Positions 40,668-53,120 are shown, counted from the first letter of the stretch. The stretch: 64,000 nt of DNA from an uncultured Alphaproteobacteria bacterium (GCA_963700895.1 CAVOZI010000010.1:4113-68112), one strand, 5' to 3'. Notes: generated from the sequence alone by a model not told the origin. Numbers and translations are program-made.

Positions 40668-42591
40668 CCCAAGTTGAACAGTGTTGCCGGAACAGACGCG
40701 GAACACACCTTCATAAGTCATTGAATTTCGTAGATGTGGGTTTGATGCCGAAAATGAGTATAGTAACAACATTTTCGTGAGAGCGGCTGATTTCATTGAT
40801 TCCAGGTGGGATTAGCGATAACAACATCGTCATGTTCGTTGTCGAAAGAGTCGCCCGCGGTCATCGCTACCTCTACCTCGTCGAAAGCGTGCGCGAGGGC
40901 AAAATGGTGCGCCAGCGCACCATCAAGGCGCTCGGGCGCAAAGATGCACTCGTCGCCAGCGGGGAACTCGACCGGCTCGCAGCCTCCATCGCGCGGCATG
41001 CTGAGCGCTGCGTTATCCTTTCCGACATCGACGCGGGCAAAATCCAGGCTCTGCGCATTGGAGGCCCGCTGCTGTTCGCCCGGCTGTGGGAGTGGCTCGG
41101 GATCGATGCCGTACTGGCTGAGGTGCTGGAGGGGCGTGCATTTGGCTTTGATGTCGAACGCGCCATATTCGTTGCCACCCTGCACCGGCTGTTCGTCTCG
41201 GGCTCGGATCGATCCTGCACCGACTGGATGAAGAGCTACGCCATCGAGGGGGCAGGGGAACTGGCGCTTCATCACTTCTACCGCGCCATGGCCTGGCTGG
41301 GCGAGGAGATAGCGGAGAAGGCCGAAGGCGCTTTGGCGCCGCGCTGTGTGAAGGATGTGATCGAGGAGAAGCTGTTCGAACGGCGTCGTGACCTGTTCAC
41401 GGATCTGAGCCTGGTGTTCATGGATACCACTTCGCTGTCGTTCTACGGCGCAGGGGGCGAGACGCGGGGACGCAGAGGCCATTCCAAGGACCACCGGCCC
41501 GAGCTTGCGCAGATGATCCTTGCCGTGGTGATCGATGCGCAGGGCCGGCCGATCTGCACCGAGATGGTGCCGGGCAACACGGCGGATGTGAAGGTCCTCC
41601 TGCCGATCGTCAACCGCCTGCGCACGCGCTTTGGCATTACCCGCTCATGCGTTGTGGCCGATCGCGGGATGATCAGCGCCGGGACCATTGCTGCGCTGGA
41701 AGAGCTGGGCATGGAATACATCCTCGGTGCCCGCGAGCGCTCGAGCAGCATCGTCCGCGACATCGTACTCAGGGATGATGCCCCGATGGTTCCGCTGGTG
41801 CTCGAGCGGCAGGCGGGTGACACCCAGCTCTGGGTCAAGGAGGTCCGCGTTGGCAAAGGCCGCGATGCCCAGCGCTATATCACCACGCTGAACGAGGCCG
41901 AGGCTGCAAAGGACAGGGCCGACCGGCAGGCGATTATCGATGGTCTTCAGACCCAGCTCAAGAAGGGCGACAAGGCGCTCATCGGCAACTCGGCCTGGCG
42001 CCGCTATCTCAAGGCCAGCGGCAAGGGCTTCGAGGTTGATCTGGGCAAGCTGGCTGACGAGGCGCGCTGACGGGATCAGCGTGCTGCGCACCAATGCGAG
42101 GATCACCCCCTTGCAGGCCGTCATCCGTTACCGCGATCTCTTGCAGGTCGAGGCGCTGTTCCGCGTTGCCAAGGCGAGCTTTGATACCCGGCCGATCTTC
42201 CATCAATCCGACGCTGCCATCCGCGGCCATGTGTTCGTCTCGTTCCTGGCCCTGACGCTCGCCAAGGAACTGATGCGCCTATGCCAGGAGAAGGGGTTGC
42301 GCCCCGAGTGGCAGCCGCTGCTCAACGATCTCGACCGGCTCCAGCAGGCAACAATCGAAAAAGACGGCAAGGTCGTCACGACGCGCACACATGTGACAGG
42401 CGAGGTTGGAAACGTCTTCAAGGCCGCCGGTATCGCGCTCCCGGTAAACCTGAGCGAACAGCCACAGGCATAGGTGCTGGCGCGTGCCAGCGCGACCACA
42501 CAGCAATCACAAATGTAGTGGTAACACTCGTGCGCCTGCGCGCACCTTATTGATATGCTTGGGATTTATCAAAAGCACTGTTTAAGTTGGG
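40668..42591 (+). mobile_element. IS1634-family insertion sequence, 1,924 bp
   Basis: TIRs CCCAAGTTGAACAGTG (40668-40683) and CACTGTTTAAGTTGGG (42576-42591), 14/16 complementary; CCAAT duplicated at 40663-40667 and 42592-42596. Confidence 0.92.
40832..42473 (+). pseudogene. IS1634 DDE transposase, frameshifted at ~42068 (547 aa if 2 nt restored)
   Basis: YLYLVESVREG, FMDTTS, RGHSKDHRP, VADRGM, then second frame DGISVLRTN...VEALFR..K...RPIFH...IRGHV. Confidence 0.88.
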
Positions 42592-44606
42592 CCAATGACA
42601 ACATCCTCGACGGCACCACCTCCGATGACATCATCGATGGGCTGGGTGGCAATGACACCATCAACGGTGGCGATGGCAACGACACCATTTCGGGTGGAGA
42701 CGGCAACGATTTCATAGATGGCGGCGCAGGCAGCGACACCATCAATGCCGGCGACGGCGACGACATCGTTGTCTATGACGCAGCCGACGACCCCGCCAAC
42801 ATCGACGGTGGCAACGGCACCGACATGATCCTGTTCACCAATGGTGACTGGTTCGAATTCGACATTACCGCGCACGGCTTTGAACTGATTGGCGAGCGCT
42901 ACATGGACGGGACCGACGAGGTCACCGACGTGTACGACGCAAACCTGTTCCTGCAGGAAGAACGCCGCCTGCACGCCGACGGCTATTACACGCTCACCAC
43001 ATTCGACTACTACGATCTGGAAACGTGGTCGGAATGGATTCGCGAATACGACGATCAGGGCAACCTGATCAACGAGACCTTCGTTGCCGACGAGGGCACC
43101 GGCGGCGGCAATACCGCGCCTGAAGTCTTTGCCGGCGTTACCGAAGACCTCGTTCTGGTGGTGAGTGGCAACCTGTTCACCGACTACACCGGCCCCACCC
43201 GGTCCTGACCAGCTTCGCTGGACAATCGCTTCCACCAACCGGCACCATCACCATCAACGGCCTCTACGGCACGCTGGAGATCGATGCAGCCGGAAACTAC
43301 ACCTACACCCTGAACAATCCGTCGGTTCAGTATTTCACCACCGACGACCGGATTCCCGACACGTTGGCATTCGAGTTCAACGACGACAATGGCTCCTACT
43401 ACACCGACCTCGTCGTCGAGATCACCGGCAACAACGATGCCCCCATTGCCACGGACAACACGGCAATCGTCCAGAAGGATACTGACTTCACAGACAGCGG
43501 CAACTTGCTGACCGACGATGACGGTTTCGGCGTTGATAACGATGTCGAAAACCAACCCATCGGCATCATCGAGGTGAACGGCGTCGCCATTGCGCCAACG
43601 GGCGATACGGTCATCACCGGCACGTACGGCACGCTGACCATCAACGGTGCCACCGGCGCCTATACATACACGCTCGACAACAACAACATCGCGGTACAGG
43701 CGCTGGACCTGAACGAGACCATCATCGACTCGTTCATCTACACCATCACTGATGCGGCAGCCGATGACACCGCCACCCTCGATGTGACCGTTCTCGGCAC
43801 CGCCAGCGGTCCGCAAACGGTCCCGGATTCCGCACAGACCCATGAAGACGACATGGTAGGCGTAACCGGCAACGTGCTTGTCAATGATTCAGGTATCGGC
43901 CTGTTCGTTTCGGACGTGAACGGCGTCGCCGTAGCAGCGGTCGGCGAAACCACGATCGCAGGCACTCACGGCGCCTTGACCCTCGATGCCGCCGGCAACT
44001 TCTCCTACCTGGTCAACACTGCATCGGCCACCGTGCAGGCGCTCAAGGCTGGACAGACGCTCAGCGAGACATTCACCTACACCGCCGAAAACAGTTTCGG
44101 CACGGAAATCGCCAACCTGACCATCTCCATCAACGGCGCGAACGACATTGCCGTGGTCGGCGGCGACGATGCGGCGGAAGTGACGGAAGATGGCGGCAAT
44201 CCGCCGTTCGACCTGGGGGTTCTCACGGTGGATGACGTTGATGCCGGGGAGTCCTCGTTCGTCGGCGGAACCTACAATGGCACATTCGGCACCGTGCAGC
44301 TGACGGCGCAGGGCAGCTATACATACACCCTCAACAACGTCCATCCGCAGGTACAGGCGTTGCCCCAGGGCGCAACGCTGAATGACATCGTCACTGTGCA
44401 GACGCTTGACGGTACGACCCATGATATCTCGGTGGTAATTACCGGCACCAACGACACCGCAGTGATTGGCGGGGTCAACACCGCCTCGCTGACGGAAGAA
44501 GCCGACCCACTGACGCTGAGCGCCAGCGATGCGTTGACCATCACCGACGTGGATACCGGCCAGGCTTTGTTCACTGCCGCGACCCACAACGGCAATTATG
44601 GTGCTC

Positions 44607-44986
44607 TCACCATCGATGCCGCCGGCAACTGGACCTACACCGCCAGCAACACCCAGCCCGCCATTCAGCAGCTGGGCGCTGGCGACACCATAACCGATAC
44701 TATCACCATCACCTCGGTTGACGGCACGGCGCGCAACATCGTCATCACCATAAACGGCACCAACGATGCCGCCATCATCGGTGGCGTCGATACTGGCGGT
44801 GTGACGGAAGAAGACGACCCGGTCATGCTGACAGCAACCGGCGTGCTGACCATATCCGACGTGGACGCCAGCGAAGCAGCATTCACGGCGCAGGCCATTG
44901 CCGGTACCTACGGCTCAATCACCATCGATGCCGCCGGCAACTGGACCTACACCGCCAGCAACACCCAGCCCGCCATTCAGCAGCTG
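44607..44986 (+). repeat. 68-bp identical segments in adjacent VCBS repeats (44607-44674 and 44919-44986)
   Basis: TCACCATCGATGCCGCCGGCAACTGG...CATTCAGCAGCTG repeated at a 312-bp offset. Confidence 0.85.
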
Positions 44987-46591
44987 AGCGAAGGCGTCAC
45001 CCTGACCGACACCATCACCGTATCGGCCATCGACGGCACAACCCATGACGTGACCGTCACCATCAGCGGCACTAATGACGCCGCAGTGATTGCCGGCGAC
45101 GATCAGGCCAGCGTTACCGAAGACGCCGGCAACCCAGACATCACCGATTCGGGCGTGCTCTTCGTGTCCGACGTCGACACCGGCGAGGCGGTGTTCACCG
45201 CCGGCACCAGCACCGGCACCTATGGCTCGGTGACAATCGACGCCGCTGGCAACTGGACCTATGCCGCCGACACCAGCCAGACCACGATTCAGGCACTCGG
45301 CGTTGGCGCAACGCTGACTGATACGGTCACCGTCACCAGCATCGACGGCACGGCGCACCAGATCGACGTGGTCATCAATGGCGCCAACGATGCAGCTGTG
45401 ATCGCCGGCACCGACACCGGGAACGTCACCGAAGACGGCGGCGCAGCACAGACGGCCACCGGCGCCCTGACCATCAGCGACGTCGATACCGGTGAGGCAG
45501 TGTTTACGGCCGCTACCGCGGCCGGCGCGTACGGCTCGGTCACCATTGATGCGGCCGGCAACTGGACCTACGCCCTCGACAATGCCAACCCTGCGGTTCA
45601 GGCACTGGCTGCCGGGGCGATGATGAATGATGTGGTCACCGTCACCAGCATCGACGGCACCACGCACGACATAACCATCACCATCACCGGCTCCAACGAT
45701 GCTTCGATGATTGGCGGGGCAACCCAGCCCAACGTGCTCGAGGACGACACGGAGCCGATCATCATTCCCGAAGACCCGCTGCTGCCTGCCCCGCCCCCGA
45801 ACGTCGACATCACCGACAGCGGCATCCTGACCGTTACCGACATCGATAGTGGCGAGGCAAGCTTCGTCGCCGCCACCATTGCCGGCGCCTATGGCGTGCT
45901 CACCATCGATGCGGCAGGCAACTGGACCTATACCGCCGACACGACCCAGCTCGTCATCCAGCAGCTGGGCACCGGCGAGACGCTGACCGATACGATCACT
46001 ATTTCGACGGCAGACGGCACCACGCACCAGATCGGCGCGGTCATCACCGGCGTCAATGATGCCCCCGTCGGCGTCTATGATCCCACCGGGGAAGTAAGCA
46101 ACACCGTAGACACGCTGATCCTGATCTCCAACCTGCTTGCCAACGATACCGACGTCGAAGGTGACAGCTTCACGCTGACCGGAATCGAGGGGCAGGCCGT
46201 ATCTCCCGTCGGCCAGGTCAGCGTAAGCCACGGCACCATTACCATGTCGTTGGACGGCACCACGCTGATCTTCTCGCCCGAGATCGGTTATGTCGGCCCG
46301 ACCAGCTTCACCTACACGGTGAGCGATGGCGAGACCGCCGGCACCGGCACGGTCGCCTTGCAGCTCTCCGCCCAGGCCATCGACGACGACTTGACCATCG
46401 CTGAAGATGGCTCCGGCACCATCGATGTGCTGCAGAATGACGGCATTGTGCCGGAAACGGTAACGTCGTTCGTCATCAACTCCCGGCCCGCCAACGGTAC
46501 GGTCGTCATCAACCCGGACAACACCGTCACCTACACCCCGGATGCCGACTACAACGGACCGGACCAGTTCACCTACGAATTCACCGGCATG

Positions 46592-47030
46592 CAGCAGGGG
46601 CTGCAATTCCAGTTCTTCGACACGGTGCCGAACAACGACAGCGTGTTCAACATTCCCGGCGGCGGCGAAGACGCGACCGGCACCATCCAGAATTTCAACG
46701 TTCGCGCCTTGGCCCTGCAGTACCAGGGCAACGACGATACATACGCTGTGCGCTATGAAGGCAATCTCTATGTTGCCACGGCAGGCACCTATACGTTCCG
46801 CATCGGCTCGGACGATGGTAGCGCCCTGCGCATCGACAGCAGCACGGTGGTCAACAATGACGGCCTGCACGCCTACCAGGTGCGCAGCGGCAACGTCTTC
46901 CTGACAGCCGGTTATCACGATCTCGAGATCCTTTATTTCGAGCGCACCGGTAGCGACAGCCTGACCGTAACCATCCAGGGCCCCGACACGGCTGGCCTAA
47001 AGACCAGCCTGTTTGCCTCCGGCATGGTGG
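46592..47030 (+). other. PA14 carbohydrate-binding domain within the adhesin (approximate bounds)
   Basis: GLQFQFF...YAVRYEG.LYV...GTYTFRIGSDDGSAL...NNDGLH...GYHDLEILYFERTG. Confidence 0.8.
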
Positions 47031-50000
47031 GTCACTCGATGCGCACCGATACGGCAACGGTGGACGTGACCGTCACCCCGGTTGCAGACGCGGCAGTGAT
47101 CGGCGGCACGGACACCGGCAGCATTACCGAGGACAGCGGACCCTCTACGCTGGTGGCGAGCGGCGTACTGACCATCAGCGACGTCGACAGCCCGTCTCAG
47201 GAAGCCTTCGTCGCTGGCATAACCGGCGGTTCCTATGGCAACCTGACAATCGATGCGCTTGGCAACTGGACTTACGAGGCGCTCAACGATCACCCGGCAA
47301 TCAACGCCCTGGTGAGCGGCCAGACCCTGACCGAAACAATCACGGTTTCATCGCTCGATGCCACCACCCACCAGGTAACCATAACCATCAACGGTGCGGA
47401 CGATGCCGCCATCATTGGCGGCGTTGACGCAGGCGCTGTCCAGGAAGACGGCGGCGCCAGCCAGGTTGCCTCCGGCACCCTTACCATCACTGATCCCGAC
47501 GCAGGCCAGGCAACCTTCACTGCCGAAACCATCGCCACGGCCCATGGCAGCCTTGTCATCGACGCCGCCGGCAACTGGACCTTCACGCTGGACAATGCCG
47601 CACCGGCGGTTCAGGCACTGCCCGGCGGCGCAACGGTTGAAGAACAGGTCACCGTTACCTCGGCCGACGGCACGTCTCATGTCATCACTGTGAGAATAAC
47701 CGGCACCAACGATGCAGCCATCATCTCCGGCGCCGATACGGCGAGCGTCACCGAGGATGCCAACCCTGCAACCCTGACTGCATCCGGATCGCTGTCGGTG
47801 AGCGACGTAGACACCGGCGAAGCAGCCTTTACTCCGGCAACGGTCAACAGCGCCTATGGAGCAGTCACCATCGATGCCGCTGGCAACTGGACCTACGTCG
47901 CTGACAACGCGCAAGACGTCATCCAGCAGCTTGCCGCAGGCGCCACCCTCACCGACGTGATCACCGTCAGTTCGGTTGACGGCACCACGCACGATGTCTC
48001 CATCACCATCAATGGCGCAAATGACGGCCCGGTGCTCACGGCCGATATAATGGGAGTAGGCGAAGATGACACCCTGCCCGCTCCCGGCAACGTCATCGTC
48101 AACGATACCGACATCGACGGCGACACGCTCACCATTTCTGCGGTGAATGGCGAAACGCTCAATGTCGGCAGTACCGTCACCCTGACCTCGGGAGCGCTTG
48201 CAACTGTCAACGTCGACGGCTCCTACAGCTATGCCGTCAACGGCGCGTTCGAATATCTGGGCGCCGGCGAGACCGCCATCGACACCTTCGAGTACAGCGT
48301 ATCCGACGGCAACGGCGGTGCGGACACCACCACGGTAACCGTAACCATCAACGGCGCCAACGACGCCGCCGTGGTCGGCGGTCAGGACACCGGCGTGGGC
48401 GACGCCGCATCCGCAGGTGCCGAAATCACCGTCACCGGCCAGCTCACCGTTGCCGATCCGGACCAGAACCAGTCCGGCTTTGCAGAAGGTATGACGGGCG
48501 GCGCCTACGGCAACCTGACCATCGACGCAGCCGGCAACTGGACCTACACGGCCCTCACCGGCAGCCCGGCGATTGCAGCGCTCACCACCGGCGAAACGGT
48601 CACCGACACGATCACCGTCGCCACCATCGACGGCACCACCCACACCGTGACCATCACCCTGACCGGCGGCAACGAAGCCCCCGTCGCCTTCAACAACACG
48701 GCAAGCGTCTCGGAAGACGCCGTGGCGCCGCAGGCAGGCAACGTCATCCTCGACGACAATGGCTCCGGCCTCGACACCGATGCAGACGGCAACGTGCTGA
48801 GCGTCTCCAGCGTCAACGGCACGCCGGTGCCGGGCAGCGGCGACGTCACTATCACCGGCCAGTACGGCACACTGGTGATCGCGGCCAGCGGCGCCTGGAC
48901 CTACACGGTCAACAGCGTCGACCCGTTCGTCGCAGGCCTTGCTGCCGACGAGACGCTGGCCGACACCTTCAGCTACACGGTCACGGACGGCATCGAGACG
49001 GCAACCGCCAGCCTTGCCGTAACCATCAACGGCGTCACGGAAGCTGATCAGGCCTGGTCGGGTGATGAGGCTGCCAACATCATCCATGCCGCAGGCGGCA
49101 ACGACCTTGTCGATGCCTATGGCGGCGACGACGTCATCCATGGCCATGGCGGCAATGACGGCCTCAATGGCGGGGCCGGCAACGACACCATTTATGGCGG
49201 CTCGGGCCTCGACTTCATCTACGGCGATACCGGCACCGACTACCTCTATGGCGGGGCGGATACCGACGGCATCTTCGCCGGTGATGACGACGACTTCGCC
49301 TGGGGCGAAGACGGCGGCGACTCGCTCGACGGCGGTTTCGGCAATGACGAACTGCACGGCGGAAACGGCGTTGACTGGCTCTACGGCTCGTTTGGCGATG
49401 ACCGGCTGTACGGCGATGCCGATGGCGATGCTTTGTTTGGCCAGGAAGGCAACGACACGCTGTATGGCCGCACCGGCGGAGACTCGCTGGATGGTGGTGA
49501 CGGCATCGACACCCTTTACGGCGAAGCTGGCGTCGACTGGATGTTCGGCGGCAACGACAACGACACCCTTTACGGCGGCGAGGATACCGACGCCCTGTTC
49601 GGCGAGGCCGGCGACGACAACCTCTATGGCGGTGACGGCGGTGACTCCCTGGACGGCGGCATCGGCAACGACAAGGTTTGGTGAGGCCGGCGTCGACTGG
49701 CTGTTCGGCGGCGACGGCAATGACTTGCTGGTCGGCGGCGGTGACACCGACGTGCTGTTTGGCAATGACGGCGACGACCGGCTGCAGGGCGGCGAGGTTG
49801 GCGACTCGCTCGACGGCGGGGCCGGCAATGACATCCTCGACGGCGGCGAAGGCGTTGACGTACTCTACGGCGACACCGGCGCGGACATCTTCTTCGTGTT
49901 CAACCAGGCCCAGGGCGGCGACGTCATCCGCGACTTCTTCACCGGCGAGGACAGGCTCTATGTTGACCCGCTCGGCATGGGGTTGGACGCCTCATACTCG

Positions 50001-50336
50001 GGCCAGATCTCGGCCAGCATGTTCTCCTCCGGCGAAGGCTTGCCGGCCACGCTGGGCACCGGACCGCAGTTCTATCTCGAGACCGGCGGCCAGGGCCTGT
50101 GGTTCGACCCCACCGGCGAAGGCACCGGCGACATGTTCATCGTCGCAGGCTTCAAGACCGGTGTCCCGCAATGGTCGGACATCTGGTTCGAGAATCCTTG
50201 GCTGACATAAAATCTGTAGTTGAGCTTACCTAAGATAAAGTATCGCAACCCATGGTGGGCAATTCATCCCCACTCTGTTAACTCCCCCAGACCCTTCAGC
50301 CAGACGTAAGCCAGCAGTCAACGGGGCGGGAAAATC

Positions 50337-51464
50337 ATGAAACATCGTTGCCTCGTCGCGTTCGGAACGCGGCCGGAAGCAATCAAGATGGCACCCCTCA
50401 TCCACGCATTGCGCCGCTCGCCTGCCGTGGACCCGGTCGTGTGTGTGACGGCGCAGCATCGCGAGATGCTGGATTCGGTGCTCGACCTGTTCGACATCAA
50501 GCCCGACCGCGATCTTTCCATCATGCGGCCGGACCAGTCCCTCAACGCCCTGCTGGCGCGCGCAATCGCCTCGCTCGACGAGGCCATGGCCGAAATCAGG
50601 CCGGACCTGGTGCTGGTGCAAGGCGACACTGCCACCGCACTGGCGGGCGCCATTGCCGCCTTCATGCGCCGCGTACCGGTCGGGCATGTTGAGGCGGGCT
50701 TGCGCACTGGCTCGCTGGACCACCCCTGGCCGGAAGAGGCAAACCGGCGGATGATCTCCGTGGTGACCACGCGGCATTACGCACCCACGCAATCGTCTGT
50801 CGACAACCTGCTGCGCGAGGGCACCGACCCCGCCACCGTGCTCAACACCGGCAACACCGTCATCGATGCCCTGCTGTCGATATCGGCGCGGCTGGACGAG
50901 GACAGCAACTGGGCGCGTGAAGTTGCGTCGAAGTTGCCAGCGGTCAGACCGGACAAGCGCCTTATCCTGGTCACCGGCCACCGCCGCGAGAGTTTCGGTG
51001 AGGGCTTCGAAAACATCTGCAAGGCACTTGCACGGATTTTGGAGCGTCCGGATGTCGAGATCGTCTATCCGGTCCACCTCAATCCCAACGTTCAGACCAT
51101 CGTGCACGAACGGCTGGCGCGCTTGGGGAACGTCCAACTCATACCGCCGGTAGACTATGCGACGATCGTGATGTTGATGAAGCGGGCCCACCTAATCCTG
51201 ACCGATTCCGGCGGCATCCAGGAAGAAGCACCTGCACTGGGCAAGCCGGTGCTTGTCATGCGCCAGACCAGCGAGCGCATGGAGGCGGTGGCAGCTGGTG
51301 TCGCCGAACTCGTCTCGACAGACCCCGAACGCATCGTCCGCGCCACGTATCGCTTGCTCGATGACGCCGCCCACTACAAGGCCATGGCCAATGCCGTCAG
51401 CCCGTTCGGTGACGGCAAGGCCAGCGAACGCATCGTCGCCGATATCGAGCAGATGTTCGCCTGA
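50337..51464 (+). CDS. wecB: UDP-N-acetylglucosamine 2-epimerase (non-hydrolysing)
   Basis: FGTRPEAIKMAP, VQGDT, HVEAGLRT, PEEANR, HRRESFG, TDSGGIQEEAP. Confidence 0.95.
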   Translation: MKHRCLVAFGTRPEAIKMAPLIHALRRSPAVDPVVCVTAQHREMLDSVLDLFDIKPDRDLSIMRPDQSLNALLARAIASLDEAMAEIRPDLVLVQGDTATALAGAIAAFMRRVPVGHVEAGLRTGSLDHPWPEEANRRMISVVTTRHYAPTQSSVDNLLREGTDPATVLNTGNTVIDALLSISARLDEDSNWAREVASKLPAVRPDKRLILVTGHRRESFGEGFENICKALARILERPDVEIVYPVHLNPNVQTIVHERLARLGNVQLIPPVDYATIVMLMKRAHLILTDSGGIQEEAPALGKPVLVMRQTSERMEAVAAGVAELVSTDPERIVRATYRLLDDAAHYKAMANAVSPFGDGKASERIVADIEQMFA

Positions 51465-51473
51465 CCAGCCGTC

Positions 51474-52091
51474 TCAGCGCGACGACACGAACAGCTTGCA
51501 GGCCATCATCAAGTGGATGCCGAAAGCGGCGAACGCATAGGTCACGAACAGCGCAAACATGCCGCTCGCCCCCGGCATCGCCGGCAGCAGCAATCCCAGC
51601 GCCGTGAATGCGAGCACCTTGACGGTAAACGAGCCTGCAACCGACACCATGAAGGCAACAGGATCATAGTCCTTGATGAGCACCATCACCAGGAAGGTGA
51701 ACATCAGGATGTACGAGAAGGTGTTCACGGTTCTGGAATAGACCTTCGACATGTTGTAGGCCTCGAGCCCGAACACCAGGTCGAAAGACGCGCAAACCAC
51801 CATCAGGCCCGACAGGAACATAGCGAACGGCGCATAGTTGGAGGCTGAAGCGCGGAACCTGAACCAGACGTAGGTCAGCAGGCCAAGCAGCATGAAGGCC
51901 AGTATCGTAGCCCTGTTGTCCGCAACCGGCTCCGCCAGCTGGCAATTCACTCCAACAACTTCACTCACACAATCCAGTCCGGCGAATTGTTGCGACAGCC
52001 GGGCCATGCCAAGGTCACTCAGCATCGCCACAATGGTGGTTGTCGCCACGAAAGTGGTGCTGAGCAGGATGCGCGGAACATCAAGCCGCAT
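51474..52091 (-). CDS. Polytopic membrane protein of unknown function
   Basis: 205 aa with about 6 hydrophobic segments; start overlaps stop of upstream gene. Confidence 0.7.
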   Translation of the reverse strand: MRLDVPRILLSTTFVATTTIVAMLSDLGMARLSQQFAGLDCVSEVVGVNCQLAEPVADNRATILAFMLLGLLTYVWFRFRASASNYAPFAMFLSGLMVVCASFDLVFGLEAYNMSKVYSRTVNTFSYILMFTFLVMVLIKDYDPVAFMVSVAGSFTVKVLAFTALGLLLPAMPGASGMFALFVTYAFAAFGIHLMMACKLFVSSR

Positions 52092-53112
52092 GCCGCAGTC
52101 CCTCCTGCTCGCTGGCAACCAGCGTGCCGCTGCCGGCAACGATACCCTTGAGTCGAAGCTGCCGCGCCACGACGCACACGGCATGGCGCTGGGGATGACC
52201 GGCCACCAGAAAACTGCTCGAACGCAATTGTCCCTTGACCACTACATCCGACATGAACACGCAGCCTTCCGGCGCGTCCAGGTCGCCGTTAACCACCACC
52301 GGTCCGAGAAACACCACCGGCCCGGTGAGCTTCATCGAACCATAGATCTTCACCGCACCGTGAATGGTCACATCCCGACCGATCACGATGTCGCCGCCAC
52401 AGACGATATTCTCGGTAATGATCGAGAGGCTGGCAATTTCATTGGTGGACCGGCTGCCCATGTGCCGGGCCTGATCCGCGCTGTAGCGGCGGAACCCGAA
52501 GGCCTTCTGTGCAACGGCGGGGATCGGTTGCATGTTGAACCGGTAGGAAAAGCCCGACACGCGGGTGACGCGGATATCGGGGCAAAGTATCTCCACATCC
52601 CCATTGGCCAGCAGGCCGTCGGCTTCAATGCGCGAGGCCTGAACCCGCAGGTTGCCGCGGGCAACGATCATTCGCGACTGGATGCCGGCAGCACCCGTGA
52701 CCGATACATCGGCGCCATAGACGTAAGGCACCTGTCCCACCCGCTCCAGCGTCACGTCATGGGCTGACGCGATGGAGATTTCCTCGTCCGGTGACTGCGT
52801 TTGCAGCCGTAGCGGGTTCATCGCAATGGCCACGTTCAACAGCCGGTCGGAGAGTTGCAGCTTGGTAAGTTGCACCGACGCATCCGGACGGTTGCCCGCG
52901 GGAGGAACCGGCAACTTCGCCATCTGCCGCTTCAGGAACTGGTGGTGGAACTCCGGGTTGAAACAGACCGGATCATCGAGATTGAATGCCAGCAAGGTGT
53001 CGCGGCTGCCATAGCGATGCCCGTATACGGCGTAGGCCAGCAACACGGCACTTGCCAGGCAAAGGATATAGAGGGCCGGTTGCAACCCCGAAATGATCTC
53101 GAAGAACAGCAT
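52081..53112 (-). CDS. Membrane-anchored protein with bactofilin-like (polymer-forming) beta-helix C-terminus
   Basis: N-terminal TM; repeats NIVCGGDIVIGRDVTIHGAVKIYGSMKL.GPVVFLGPVVVNGDL. Confidence 0.62.
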   Translation of the reverse strand: MLFFEIISGLQPALYILCLASAVLLAYAVYGHRYGSRDTLLAFNLDDPVCFNPEFHHQFLKRQMAKLPVPPAGNRPDASVQLTKLQLSDRLLNVAIAMNPLRLQTQSPDEEISIASAHDVTLERVGQVPYVYGADVSVTGAAGIQSRMIVARGNLRVQASRIEADGLLANGDVEILCPDIRVTRVSGFSYRFNMQPIPAVAQKAFGFRRYSADQARHMGSRSTNEIASLSIITENIVCGGDIVIGRDVTIHGAVKIYGSMKLTGPVVFLGPVVVNGDLDAPEGCVFMSDVVVKGQLRSSSFLVAGHPQRHAVCVVARQLRLKGIVAGSGTLVASEQEGLRHAA

Positions 53113-53120
53113 CAGCCCCC

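Larger units (their letters stand above)
40641..50210 (+). pseudogene. Giant RTX/VCBS/cadherin-like/PA14 adhesin (~2,550 aa reconstructed), interrupted by IS1634 and two apparent frameshifts
   Basis: ATG 40641 MSTITGDAN joins in frame to DNILDG at 42597 once the IS is removed; frame changes at ~43200 and ~49680; many IDAAGNWTY VCBS repeats; GGxGxD repeats at both ends. Confidence 0.85.
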
